A DNA stretch of 64,000 bases from an uncultured Pseudomonadota bacterium (GTDB taxonomy: Bacteria; Oederibacteriota; Muellerivitia; Muellerivitales; Muellerivitaceae). Positions within the stretch are counted from its first letter, which is position 1, and the number at the start of each line of letters is the position of its first letter. Position numbers and translations under genes: made by a program. The notes beneath the pieces are model-generated. The model made no database searches. It was not told where the DNA came from and saw only the letters and a list, made by a program, of their open reading frames with translations. The stretch spans positions 608,001 through 672,000 of the forward strand of contig CAWIIP010000004.1 of assembly GCA_963836235.1 (NCBI GenBank), read 5' to 3'. Positions 22,386 through 31,727 of the stretch are shown here, piece after piece.

Positions 22386-25300
22386 ATGAAAGTGTTGAAA
22401 AGTACTATTTTTTCAACGATGTCCAAATTTCCTTTTTTCCCTTCCGGTTTAAAACACATTTGCGCCCTTTTTCTTTTCATCACAGTGTTTTTTGGATTTA
22501 GTGCATATTCGCTCGCCGCCGTATCTTTATGGCAGTCTCTGCCGTTGATCACGCAGTCGAGCCTGAGCGCGGGGAATAGTGGTGGGGAAGGCTGCCAGGT
22601 GATCCAAAATTTCGCGATCGACACCACGGGCCAATTCCTCATGATGGGAACCGATGTGGGTGGGATATTTCGAAGTATTGATGGGGGGGTCAGCTGGCAG
22701 CCCGCCGATACGGGATTTACCCCCCGGGGAGCCTGCGCTTTTGCCATTGATCCCAACAATTCCAACCGGGTGCTGGCGGTGGGGGACAACTCCGCCGCCC
22801 AGCCCTGGAACGGCCTCTGGCTCTCTACCGACCAGGCTTCTTCCTGGACACCGGTTCAGGAAGAAAACTTCCAGGGTTCGGGAACCTATCATGATTCAGC
22901 CGCTTTTGACGCCTCCAGCGTGACGGTGTCGGGTGGAGTGACCTTCAGCGCCGTGGCCTATTGGGTGAATTACTCGGACGGGGGTGGTGGACTGTGGAAA
23001 TCCACTAACGGCGGCAATAGCTGGAGCAAGATCCAAACCGCCTATTCGGATGGTATCGTCAAAGTCAACCCTTCCAGCGGGGCAGTGTACGTGGCCACGG
23101 CCAACGGCTTCTATGTCGGCACCCCCGGGGGATCGAGCTTTACTCAAGTCGTTACCGGTCCGGTGCTGGGATTGGATGTCATCGCCACCCAGCCGAATAA
23201 CGTCTACATCAACGAAGCTAACGGTGTCTATGTTTCCACGAATTCAGGGCAAAGCTTCACCGAAATGGGCAACACCGGACTGCCTACCAGCGCTTCTCCG
23301 GGATTACGTAACCTCAAGGTTAGCCCGGTAAATCCGAACAATATGCTCATCGACGAGGATATGGGGACCTATACCTCCCAAAATTATTACTATTCCTCCA
23401 ATGGTGGTAACAACTGGTCGGCTTGCGCGCTTAACTCTGCCCAAAGCTTTGTCCCACTCAATACCCGGGAATGGCTCTTTGTTTGGAGCCCTACCAACGC
23501 CAACCAGGCCTGGACTTGTGGAGGGGATTTCATCAGCCAAACAACCAATGGAGGAGCTAATTTCGCCTGGTCCAGCAATGGGTACAACGACTTTACCTGC
23601 ACGGGTATTTTTAACTTCAATACCCAAAATCCCAACCTGCTTTTGGTCACCAGCCAGGACTACAACTCGGCCTTTACCGGGGCGGTTACCAACAGCGCAG
23701 TCACATGGGAATATTTGAATGTTTCCGGGCTAGGATGGGGAGGATTCAATTACGGGGGTTACGCATTGAGTTCCACGGTGATGGTGGCCGGTAACTCGGT
23801 GGCTTGGGGGGCGCCCGCTACCCTGATGGTTTCCACCAATGGGGGGAGTAGCTTCACCAGCACAGGATTGGTGGGCAACAATACCCAGACGGCTTGTGGG
23901 GACCCGGTTAGTGCCACGGTGGCTTTTTGGGACAATTACCGCACTATCGATGGAGGAAGCACCTGGCAGGCGATGACCAATTGCGGGGGTGTTTTTACCT
24001 ATGATTCGAACCCCGCAGGGGCTCATGAGCTATATGGGGCTAATGGTTCCATGGTGGTGAAATCCATAGATCATGGGGCTACCTGGACCAACGTGGTGAC
24101 GGTATCGGGAACGGTAGCGGACTTGGCCTATGATTGGAGCGACAACCGGCTCTATATCGTTTCAGGAAGCTCGTTGTTGGAATACAACGGGACATCTACG
24201 ACGAACCTCTCGGGAGTGCTGGCGGCTGACAACGAGGGGAACCAGAGTGTAGTCTCGGTGGCGGTGGACCCGGTAAATCCCACCATTGTTTATGCGGCCT
24301 GGAACGGTGGAAGTTATATGTCAAACCAGGCTATTCGCTATTCGGTGAACGCGGGAGCGACCTGGAGCACGCTGACCAAACAGCCGGGCGACACGGGGAT
24401 GGATGGAGGCAGAGAGTCGGCCTGTGTGAGGGTCAACCCGTTGACCCGCTACCTTTATTCCACCGGGAGCTGTTTTGGGGTCTGGAAATACCCGCCCCCG
24501 GTTTCCGGGTCGCCGACTCCCAGCGCTACACCAACACCCACCAACTTAGGTGGTTTTACCTCTACACTCACACCGACGCATACACCGACTTCTACTGCAA
24601 CGATCACCGGGACAGGTACTCCAACGAAGACACCGGTTGCCACGGCTACTTCGACGCCAAGCCGGACTCCAACTCCCACGATGTCCTGGACTGGAACTAT
24701 GACAGTAATGGGCACTCCGACGGTCACTTTTACGGCGACCAAAAGTTTTACATCTACTTCCACAATTTCTTCCAAGGTTACTTCTATACCACCGACATCT
24801 TCCTTTACTTTTACCAGGACTTTTACTCCTACTGTGACGGTTACGGCAACCAAAACATTGACCTACACGGCTACCTCGACGAACAGTTCAACCCCAACAT
24901 CTACTGCGCCTGGGTTGGCGGCCACATTAACGCCCACCCGAACCTTTACTCCAACTTCAACGTTTACAACGATTCGGACCTCAACACCATCCTTTACAAA
25001 CACTCCGACGGCAACCCAAACCGGTATATTTACTCAAACTCCTTTATTAGCGACCTCTACCTTTTCTCCGACTCAGATCGCAACAACTGTTTTGAGCCCA
25101 AGTTCAACGGCCACTCCAGGAGAAACCTCTGAGGGTTCGGGTGTAATTGGGATTCCCATACCTTATCCAAATCCGGTTACAACCGAAAACGAAATTCGTG
25201 TAAAGCTGAATTTTGGACAACAGGAAGGAACCAGCCGATTAATCCTTATGACAAGCGCTTTCCGAAAAATAAGTGAAGTTTCATTAGGAAATGTAATGCC

Positions 25301-25427
25301 GGGAGAGATGACGGTTGTTATTCCGTTGATTGACAAATCTGGGGAACAGTTGGCCAATGGGGTTTATTACGTGGCGGTAATAACTCTAAAAGGAACGACG
25401 GTTGGAAAATTACTGATTTTGCGGTGA
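22386..25427 (+). CDS. Secreted GH74-like (BNR/Asp-box) beta-propeller with a Thr/Pro-rich linker and a T9SS-like C-terminal domain
   Basis: Signal peptide; TDVGG; repeated SxDGGxxW/STNGG boxes; long TPT linker; C-terminus YPNP...LANGVYYV...KLLILR. Confidence 0.8.
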   Translation: MKVLKSTIFSTMSKFPFFPSGLKHICALFLFITVFFGFSAYSLAAVSLWQSLPLITQSSLSAGNSGGEGCQVIQNFAIDTTGQFLMMGTDVGGIFRSIDGGVSWQPADTGFTPRGACAFAIDPNNSNRVLAVGDNSAAQPWNGLWLSTDQASSWTPVQEENFQGSGTYHDSAAFDASSVTVSGGVTFSAVAYWVNYSDGGGGLWKSTNGGNSWSKIQTAYSDGIVKVNPSSGAVYVATANGFYVGTPGGSSFTQVVTGPVLGLDVIATQPNNVYINEANGVYVSTNSGQSFTEMGNTGLPTSASPGLRNLKVSPVNPNNMLIDEDMGTYTSQNYYYSSNGGNNWSACALNSAQSFVPLNTREWLFVWSPTNANQAWTCGGDFISQTTNGGANFAWSSNGYNDFTCTGIFNFNTQNPNLLLVTSQDYNSAFTGAVTNSAVTWEYLNVSGLGWGGFNYGGYALSSTVMVAGNSVAWGAPATLMVSTNGGSSFTSTGLVGNNTQTACGDPVSATVAFWDNYRTIDGGSTWQAMTNCGGVFTYDSNPAGAHELYGANGSMVVKSIDHGATWTNVVTVSGTVADLAYDWSDNRLYIVSGSSLLEYNGTSTTNLSGVLAADNEGNQSVVSVAVDPVNPTIVYAAWNGGSYMSNQAIRYSVNAGATWSTLTKQPGDTGMDGGRESACVRVNPLTRYLYSTGSCFGVWKYPPPVSGSPTPSATPTPTNLGGFTSTLTPTHTPTSTATITGTGTPTKTPVATATSTPSRTPTPTMSWTGTMTVMGTPTVTFTATKSFTSTSTISSKVTSIPPTSSFTFTRTFTPTVTVTATKTLTYTATSTNSSTPTSTAPGLAATLTPTRTFTPTSTFTTIRTSTPSFTNTPTATQTGIFTQTPLLATSTFSPTQIATTVLSPSSTATPGETSEGSGVIGIPIPYPNPVTTENEIRVKLNFGQQEGTSRLILMTSAFRKISEVSLGNVMPGEMTVVIPLIDKSGEQLANGVYYVAVITLKGTTVGKLLILR
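22518..24578 (+). repeat. 2,061-bp direct repeat, copy 1
   Basis: Matches 52675-54735 at offset 30,157. The translations, including spurious ORFs in other frames, are identical at that offset. Confidence 0.93.
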
Positions 25428-25562
25428 TTTTTGGAAGTCGAAAATAACTGTTTTATCTTCCGCTAATATTGGAAAAAAACGCTGTCTCTAACTAATGTGG
25501 ACTTCCTTGAGGCGCTTGTCAAAAGGGGCCACAAAGCGGGAGTGGTTTCTCTTAACTCGGAT

Positions 25563-27575
25563 TTAGGGATAAGTTACCGTAAGTTTGGGATAAGGCGTTT
25601 TAAGTGACGTAACCTGCGAGGTGGGTACTTGGTTGTTTGATATGTTCAAAACGGATCCAGTGGCTTTAAGCCCTGGGACGGGTGTACTAATAAGATTGCT
25701 AATGGAAGTGATGGCATTGTTGGACAAATCGAGAGTGAGGGCAGTTGCAAGGGTCCCAAGCCCCGGTAAAGCGGGAACAGCTCCGCTGAGGCTGTCGTAT
25801 TCAAAAATGACATCTTGCGCGCTGGTCCAGCCCGATATCGGAGAGATGTTCGAAATAGGGTTGCTGCTCAAGTCGGCCGTTTGAAGCTGAGTGAGGGCGG
25901 TTGTGCTAGAAATATCCGTAATCCCCCTGTTGCCGGCATCAAGCAACTGTAAATTGGTCAATTTGTTCAAAACCGTTACACCGCCTACGAATCCGCCATT
26001 TTCAAGCGTTCCACCATCACCGTACATATAAAGGCTCTGGAGATTGCTTAAGGGTGCCAAGGGCGCAAGGCTGGTAACGGGTTGGGCTGAAAATTCAAGT
26101 TCGGTAAGATTGGTCAAGGTCGACACTGGTCCAAGATTAGTGAGTGCCCCAGGAAAAAAGACATCGCCTTCCGCCGTGCCTGACCTTATCTCAAGTCCTT
26201 GAAGACTTTTGATTCCCGACAGGGGTGAAAGATCACTCAAGGTATTGTTGTAATCCACATCCAGGAAGATTAGGTTGCCTGTAACCGATAAAGGTTCAAG
26301 GGGTGTCAAGTCGGTGATGTTGTTGCTTTCCAAATAGAGATTAACGAGGTTTGTGCAATTTTGCAGGCCTTGCAAGCTAGTAATGGGACCCAAAATAGTC
26401 ACGTAATGCCCATCCCCACGTGCGATTAAAGAGTTGTTATTGGCCACTAATTCTGTAAGTCCGGTTAGAGAAACCTTGTTGATAGTAATTGTGGCGTTGG
26501 GAGTGGCCGTTTCCAGAGTCTCGAGGACTGCTTGATAGAGATTGGGGTCGGGAATGATGCTGGTTTGTGTCGGAGTTCCCGTGACCGTGGGTGTTGCGGA
26601 AGAGGTGCCGACCGTTGCGGTAGCCGTATTTGTGGAAGTATTGGTCGGGGTCGAACTGACAGTAGTTGTAGGGGAGGCGGTAGAAGTATTAGTTGAGGTC
26701 AAGCTGGAAGTGATACTTGGAGAAGGTGTTGAAGTTGCACTGGGGAGCGGGCTCTTTGTATTAGTAGGAGTAAAGGTTGGGGTTGAACTCGGAGTGAATG
26801 TAGGAGAATCAGTAAAGGTGGTTGTGAAAGAGTAGGTTGGAGTGCCTGTAGGCGTTGAACTGAAAGTGCTGGTGGGAGAGGGGGTTAGAGTCGAGCTGGG
26901 CAAAGGGCTATTAGTGTTTGATGGGGTAAAAGTGGATGTTGAAGTTGGGGTGTTTGTTTGCGAGAGGGTTGGCGTGTCTGTGGGGGTTGAACTAAAAGTG
27001 GTGGTGAGGGAAGGGGTTGGAGTCGAGGTGGGCAAAGGACTATTTGTGTCTGAAGGGGTAAAAGTGGGTGTTGGACTTGGTGTGTCAGTGGGAGAGTAGG
27101 TTCGGGTGCTTGTGGATGTCGAAGTGAAAGTGGCGGTGAGGGAAGGGGTTGGAGTCAAACTCGGAAAGGGACTATCCGTGTCCGTAGGGGTGAAAGTTGG
27201 CGTCTGACTTGAGGTGGGTGTGAGGGATTCGGTTGGTGTATCGGTAGTCGTTGAACTGGAAGTGCTGCTTGGAGAAGACGTTAGTGTTGCACTGGGAAAA
27301 GGGGTATTTGTGCCAGTAAACATAAAAGTAGGTGTTGAACTTGTGGTAAATACCGGAGTTTCGGTTTGGGTGCCAGAAGGAGTTGATGTTGTGGTGAAAG
27401 TAGTCGTTTGTGATGTGGATTGAGTCGGGCTGGGTGTGTCAGGTGAAGAAGTTGAAGTTGGTTCGCCACTGTTACTGTCTGGGGATGTGGGGTTTTTCTT
27501 TGAGCCGCAACCAGAGTAAAAAACCGAGGTGAATAGCAATAAAATAATAATCCAAGTTTTGTCGAGGTTAGCCAT
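25563..27575 (-). CDS. Lipoprotein with a Thr/Ser/Pro stalk and internalin-like leucine-rich repeats
   Basis: Lipobox YSGC; stalk with ~42-aa repeats; IPDPNL cap; LxLxxNxIxDLxPL repeats. Confidence 0.85.
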   Translation of the reverse strand: MANLDKTWIIILLLFTSVFYSGCGSKKNPTSPDSNSGEPTSTSSPDTPSPTQSTSQTTTFTTTSTPSGTQTETPVFTTSSTPTFMFTGTNTPFPSATLTSSPSSTSSSTTTDTPTESLTPTSSQTPTFTPTDTDSPFPSLTPTPSLTATFTSTSTSTRTYSPTDTPSPTPTFTPSDTNSPLPTSTPTPSLTTTFSSTPTDTPTLSQTNTPTSTSTFTPSNTNSPLPSSTLTPSPTSTFSSTPTGTPTYSFTTTFTDSPTFTPSSTPTFTPTNTKSPLPSATSTPSPSITSSLTSTNTSTASPTTTVSSTPTNTSTNTATATVGTSSATPTVTGTPTQTSIIPDPNLYQAVLETLETATPNATITINKVSLTGLTELVANNNSLIARGDGHYVTILGPITSLQGLQNCTNLVNLYLESNNITDLTPLEPLSVTGNLIFLDVDYNNTLSDLSPLSGIKSLQGLEIRSGTAEGDVFFPGALTNLGPVSTLTNLTELEFSAQPVTSLAPLAPLSNLQSLYMYGDGGTLENGGFVGGVTVLNKLTNLQLLDAGNRGITDISSTTALTQLQTADLSSNPISNISPISGWTSAQDVIFEYDSLSGAVPALPGLGTLATALTLDLSNNAITSISNLISTPVPGLKATGSVLNISNNQVPTSQVTSLKTPYPKLTVTYP

Positions 27576-27651
27576 GAGCCCCTAAAATAAGATTCAAAAA
27601 ACGAAAAAAATATCCCGAAAAAGTGGGTCGTTTTTTTTCCTTATCTTTTAA

Positions 27652-29175
27652 TCAGGGATAAGTTACTGAAAGATTTGGATAAGTTGTCTGAATAGCCGTA
27701 GCTTGTGCGGTAGGCACGTGGTTGCCTGATATGTTCAATACAGATCCAGCAGTATTGAACCCTGGCACGGGAGTGCTAATCAGATTTGAAATGTCGGCTA
27801 TGACATTGTGTGACACATCCAGATTTGCGGGTGCGGTTGAGGTTCCAAATCCCGGGAGGGCCGGAACCGGGTTTACATTATTGTTATATTCCAAAGTTAC
27901 GCCTTGGGCACTGGGCCAAGTCCCCACAACCGTAAAATCAGAAATGGAATTATGCGATAAATTGACTGTTTGCAGAGAGGCGAGGGACGCGGCGCTGGAG
28001 ATGTCCGTGATCCCCCTTGCGCTGGCATCAAGTAATAGCAAGTATTTGAAATTGCTCAAAACAGTAACACCTCCAGTGAAAGGGGGATCTCCGGTTACAC
28101 CGTACATATAGAGGTATTGGAGGTTAAACATATTTGCCAAGGGCGCAAGACTAGTGACGGGCTGACCTGAAATTTCGACCTCGGTTATGGAGGTGAGCGG
28201 CGCTAACGGTAACAAGCTGGTTATCGACCCAAGGGAGTCACCCCCAATGTATGAACCTGACCTGGCCTCAAAGTTTTGAAGATTGTATAAGCCGGACAGG
28301 GGTGTGAGATCGCTAAGATTGTTGTTGTAATCCAAATGAAGACCTATGAGGCCAACGAGTTGTGAGACTGGACTCAAGTCGGTGATATCGTTGGCTTCCA
28401 AATAAAGGGCAAAAAGACTGCCGGAGCAATTTTGCAGGCCTTGCAAGCTCGTGATGGGGCCCGAAATAGATACATAGCCGGAATATCCCCGGGTATTACC
28501 TGGGTCGTTATCCGCTACCAATTTTGTCAGTCCAGCCATAGAAGCCTGGGTGACTGTAACGGGGCCTGGTGTGAGTGTTTCCAGAGTCTCAAAGACGGCT
28601 TGGTAGAGATTGGGATCGGGAATGATAGGGGTTTGAGTAGGGGTTGAAGTGACCGTTGATGAGGCAGTGGTGGTTGCCGTGGAAGAGGGGGTCGAGGTGA
28701 TAGTATTTGTTGCTGTATCAGTAGGCGTGGAGGATACAGTGTTTGTTCCTGTTGTCGTTGGAGTGTCAGTAATGGTTGGAGAGGGTGTGGACGTTGCGGT
28801 AAAAATAAACGTGGTCGTAGAAGTTGAAGTTGGGGTGGAAGTAGGGGTATCGGTTGGATCGTTTGTGGGGGTTGGAGACGAAGTGAATGTTGCGGTGGAA
28901 GTGGGAGAAGAGGTAGGGCTGGCTATTGAAGTGTTGGTGCTGGTGGAAGAAGGTGTGGAAGTTGCCGTGGAAGTGGTGGTAGAGGTAGGGCTGAAAACCG
29001 AAGTTTTAGTGCTGGTTGTGGAAGGAGTGGAGGTTACCGTGGAAGTCGGGGCACTTCCACCACTGTTATTATTTGAGGGAGAAGATGGATTGTTTTTCCC
29101 CGGACAACCTAATGTTAAAAAGGTAAACCCGGTCAAAAGTGAAAAAACCCATACAACGCGATAAGAAATCATCAT
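27652..29175 (-). CDS. Lipoprotein with a Thr-rich stalk and LRR domain (paralog 2)
   Basis: Lipobox TLGC-PGKNNP, IPDPNL cap, LRRs, and a C-terminus similar to paralog 1. Confidence 0.85.
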   Translation of the reverse strand: MMISYRVVWVFSLLTGFTFLTLGCPGKNNPSSPSNNNSGGSAPTSTVTSTPSTTSTKTSVFSPTSTTTSTATSTPSSTSTNTSIASPTSSPTSTATFTSSPTPTNDPTDTPTSTPTSTSTTTFIFTATSTPSPTITDTPTTTGTNTVSSTPTDTATNTITSTPSSTATTTASSTVTSTPTQTPIIPDPNLYQAVFETLETLTPGPVTVTQASMAGLTKLVADNDPGNTRGYSGYVSISGPITSLQGLQNCSGSLFALYLEANDITDLSPVSQLVGLIGLHLDYNNNLSDLTPLSGLYNLQNFEARSGSYIGGDSLGSITSLLPLAPLTSITEVEISGQPVTSLAPLANMFNLQYLYMYGVTGDPPFTGGVTVLSNFKYLLLLDASARGITDISSAASLASLQTVNLSHNSISDFTVVGTWPSAQGVTLEYNNNVNPVPALPGFGTSTAPANLDVSHNVIADISNLISTPVPGFNTAGSVLNISGNHVPTAQATAIQTTYPNLSVTYP

Positions 29176-29210
29176 CTCCCCCTCAAAAAATAAATAATAA
29201 AACCTTTAAA

Positions 29211-30986
29211 TCAAGGCCCGGTTATTACAAGGTGTGAATAAGTTGACTGTAGGGTTGGTTTCTGTGCTGTTAGTCCCGTGTCATTTGTAATGATAAAGCT
29301 TGAGCCCCCGGTATAGGTAAAGCCGGGAACACTATTGGGGAGGGTGTAAAGATTGACCATGCTGTTGATAGTGTTGTTTGACAAGTCGAGATAAAGCTTA
29401 GCGGACGAAATGCCTAGACTATTCAAGGCTGGAATCGAAGGAATTGTGACGCTGTTGAATTCTATGATCACGCTTACGGCACTGCTCCAAGACCCTATCG
29501 GTGAAATGTCAACAATGCTGTTGTTGCTCAAATCTGTAACCTGCATTCCAGTGATGGAAGACAGGCTTGAAATAGAAGTGATCGCGTTAGAATCGGCATA
29601 TAGAGTATTCAGCGAGGGGAAATTAGTGCCAGTTAATACAGTGACTCCCTGAATGCTATTGCCCTGAATATTTAGGAAATTGAGACTAATGAGGCCTGTT
29701 AAGGCTGAGATGTCGGTTAATTTAGGGCTGATGTTTCCAAGACCAAGGTGTTGAAGGCCGTTCAACCCAGTTAACGCTGACACCGAAGTAATACCGGTAT
29801 TATTAAGTAAAAGAACCTGAAGTTTAGTTAGGTTGGACAAAGGGGCAATGTTTGTTACGCCAGCATTTCCGCCCAGGTCAACAGTCGTAAGATTGGTAAG
29901 ACCGGCGATCGGGGTCAAGTCGGTAATGGAATTGCTTTCCATAATGAGGTTGGTAAGGCTTGTGCAATATTGTAATCCTTGCAAGCTTGTTACCCCGGCG
30001 CTATTCACGGTGAGTCCAAAGGGGGAGTCGAGAGCGTTTAAATCAGCAACTGTAATAGTTGTGGGGACGCTGATTCCCTGGGCAATCAACTCAGCTTTAA
30101 CCGATGAGTAGAGGTTTGGATCTGGGATTAGTAATGTGGGAGTGGATGTGACTGTAGGAGAAGCAGTTGATGTTGGCGTTGAAGTGATAGTGTTTGTGGC
30201 AGTTTTGGTGGCAGTTGAAGTAACAGTTGAGGATGCTGTGTTTGTTCCAGTAGCAGTTGGGCTGGAAGTCGGAGTGGAGGTTGCAGTTTTCGTTGAAGTA
30301 CCCGTCACGGTTGAGGAAGGTGTTAATGTTGCGGTATTGGCGAAAGTATTTGTGGGTGTCTGAGTTGGAGTTGAAGAAGGTGTGTTAGTAGTGGTTGAAG
30401 TAGTAGTAAAAGTTGGGCTGTTAGTTGGCGTGTCGGTGAAGATGGGTGTGTTAGTAGTGGTTGAAGTAGTAGTAAAGGTTGGACTATCAGTTGGCGTGTC
30501 GGTGAAGATAGGAGTGTTGGTAATAGTAGAAGTAGTGGTAGAGGTTGGGCTGTTAGTTGGAGTGTCGGTGGAGATAGGGGTGTTGGTAGTAGTAGAAGTA
30601 GTAGTGGAGGTTGGACTGTCAGTTGGAGTGTCGGTGGCGATAGGGGTGTTGGTGGTGGTAGAAGTGGTAGTGAAGGTTGGACTATCAGTTGGAGTATTGC
30701 TGAAAAGAGGCGTGTTGGTGATGGTTTGAGAAGGAGTGGATGTTACAGATAAAGTGGATGTGGTGGAACTGGTAGAAGTAGGCGTGGATGTTAGAGTGAA
30801 AACGGGGGTTTTGGTTACAGTTGAAGTAGGGGTAGAAGTTGAAGTGGAGGAACTAGTGGGGTTTTGCCCACCACCGTTAGTATTGGATGAGGGCGAAGTT
30901 GGATTGTTTTTCCCAGGACAACCGATCATTAAAAATGTAATTCCCATCAAGAGTGTAAAAATCCAAATGTTGCGATTCGAAATCAT
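29211..30986 (-). CDS. Lipoprotein with a Thr-rich stalk and LRR domain (paralog 3)
   Basis: Start ATG 30986 follows a G-rich RBS; lipobox MIGC-PGKNNP; 22-aa Thr repeats; LRRs. Confidence 0.85.
   Translation of the reverse strand: MISNRNIWIFTLLMGITFLMIGCPGKNNPTSPSSNTNGGGQNPTSSSTSTSTPTSTVTKTPVFTLTSTPTSTSSTTSTLSVTSTPSQTITNTPLFSNTPTDSPTFTTTSTTTNTPIATDTPTDSPTSTTTSTTTNTPISTDTPTNSPTSTTTSTITNTPIFTDTPTDSPTFTTTSTTTNTPIFTDTPTNSPTFTTTSTTTNTPSSTPTQTPTNTFANTATLTPSSTVTGTSTKTATSTPTSSPTATGTNTASSTVTSTATKTATNTITSTPTSTASPTVTSTPTLLIPDPNLYSSVKAELIAQGISVPTTITVADLNALDSPFGLTVNSAGVTSLQGLQYCTSLTNLIMESNSITDLTPIAGLTNLTTVDLGGNAGVTNIAPLSNLTKLQVLLLNNTGITSVSALTGLNGLQHLGLGNISPKLTDISALTGLISLNFLNIQGNSIQGVTVLTGTNFPSLNTLYADSNAITSISSLSSITGMQVTDLSNNSIVDISPIGSWSSAVSVIIEFNSVTIPSIPALNSLGISSAKLYLDLSNNTINSMVNLYTLPNSVPGFTYTGGSSFIITNDTGLTAQKPTLQSTYSHLVITGP
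30381..30720 (-). repeat. ~5 tandem 66-bp coding repeats ([22 protein letters not shown])
   Basis: The unit is visible in both DNA and translation. Confidence 0.85.
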
Positions 30987-31727
30987 ACTGCCCCCCGGAA
31001 GTGTTTTTGAATATTGGGTATGGAAAACGAGTTGAGTGTGCACATAGTATTTTGGCAGGCTCTAAAAAACAACACTTAAGTTAAAGAATTAACCATTCGA
31101 AAAAGTATCGAACCGAGCGAGCGTACATGAAGAATAACAAGACATTTTATGATTAATTGTGCACCCATGAAATCGTTTTAAGGATAAGGCGAAATAAAAA
31201 TACTTTAACTTGTCCAGAAAGCTTGAACCTAAGGTGAGTTTTCGCAATTAAGTTTGAGCCCAGCAAATTTTAAGGGTTCCAAAGATTAGTTGCCGAGATG
31301 AAGACATAAAAATGCCTAACGATTTTTAAAATTTAAAAAATTATTGGTAATCCACTTTTTTGAGTTCTGTTGGCCGCCAACTTTTGCGTTTGGTTAGAAT
31401 GACTTTTCGCCTTAACGTTTTTTTCAAATCTCACATTTGTTCAAGGTGTGAGAAGGAATCTATTCGATGGGTGGATTGAAAATTGTGTAGAATTGTGGCT
31501 AAGTGGATGATGTCAAAAACTTAAACGAGTTTTTTGTGAATCTTGAATATTAAAATGTTGCCGAGGATAGATATCCGGAAAGATAGTTGAGAGACTTGAT
31601 CCGGAATGAGACGATCTATTAAAAACGATTGAATTTAGTAATTGAAATTCTTTGAAATTATTAAAACGAGAAGGATTATTTGGAATTGATGTGGTGAAAT
31701 ATTTATAAAGACTGAAGGTTCAATAGT

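Noticed and set aside
30381-30720. CRISPR-like periodic repeats (also 60105-60325)
   Set aside because: The units are contiguous, in-frame, degenerate coding repeats with no unique spacers, and there are no cas genes.
26542-31035. Val/Gly/Glu-rich plus-strand ORFs (similarly 60053-61783 on the minus strand)
   Set aside because: They are antisense shadows of Thr/Pro/Ser stalks.
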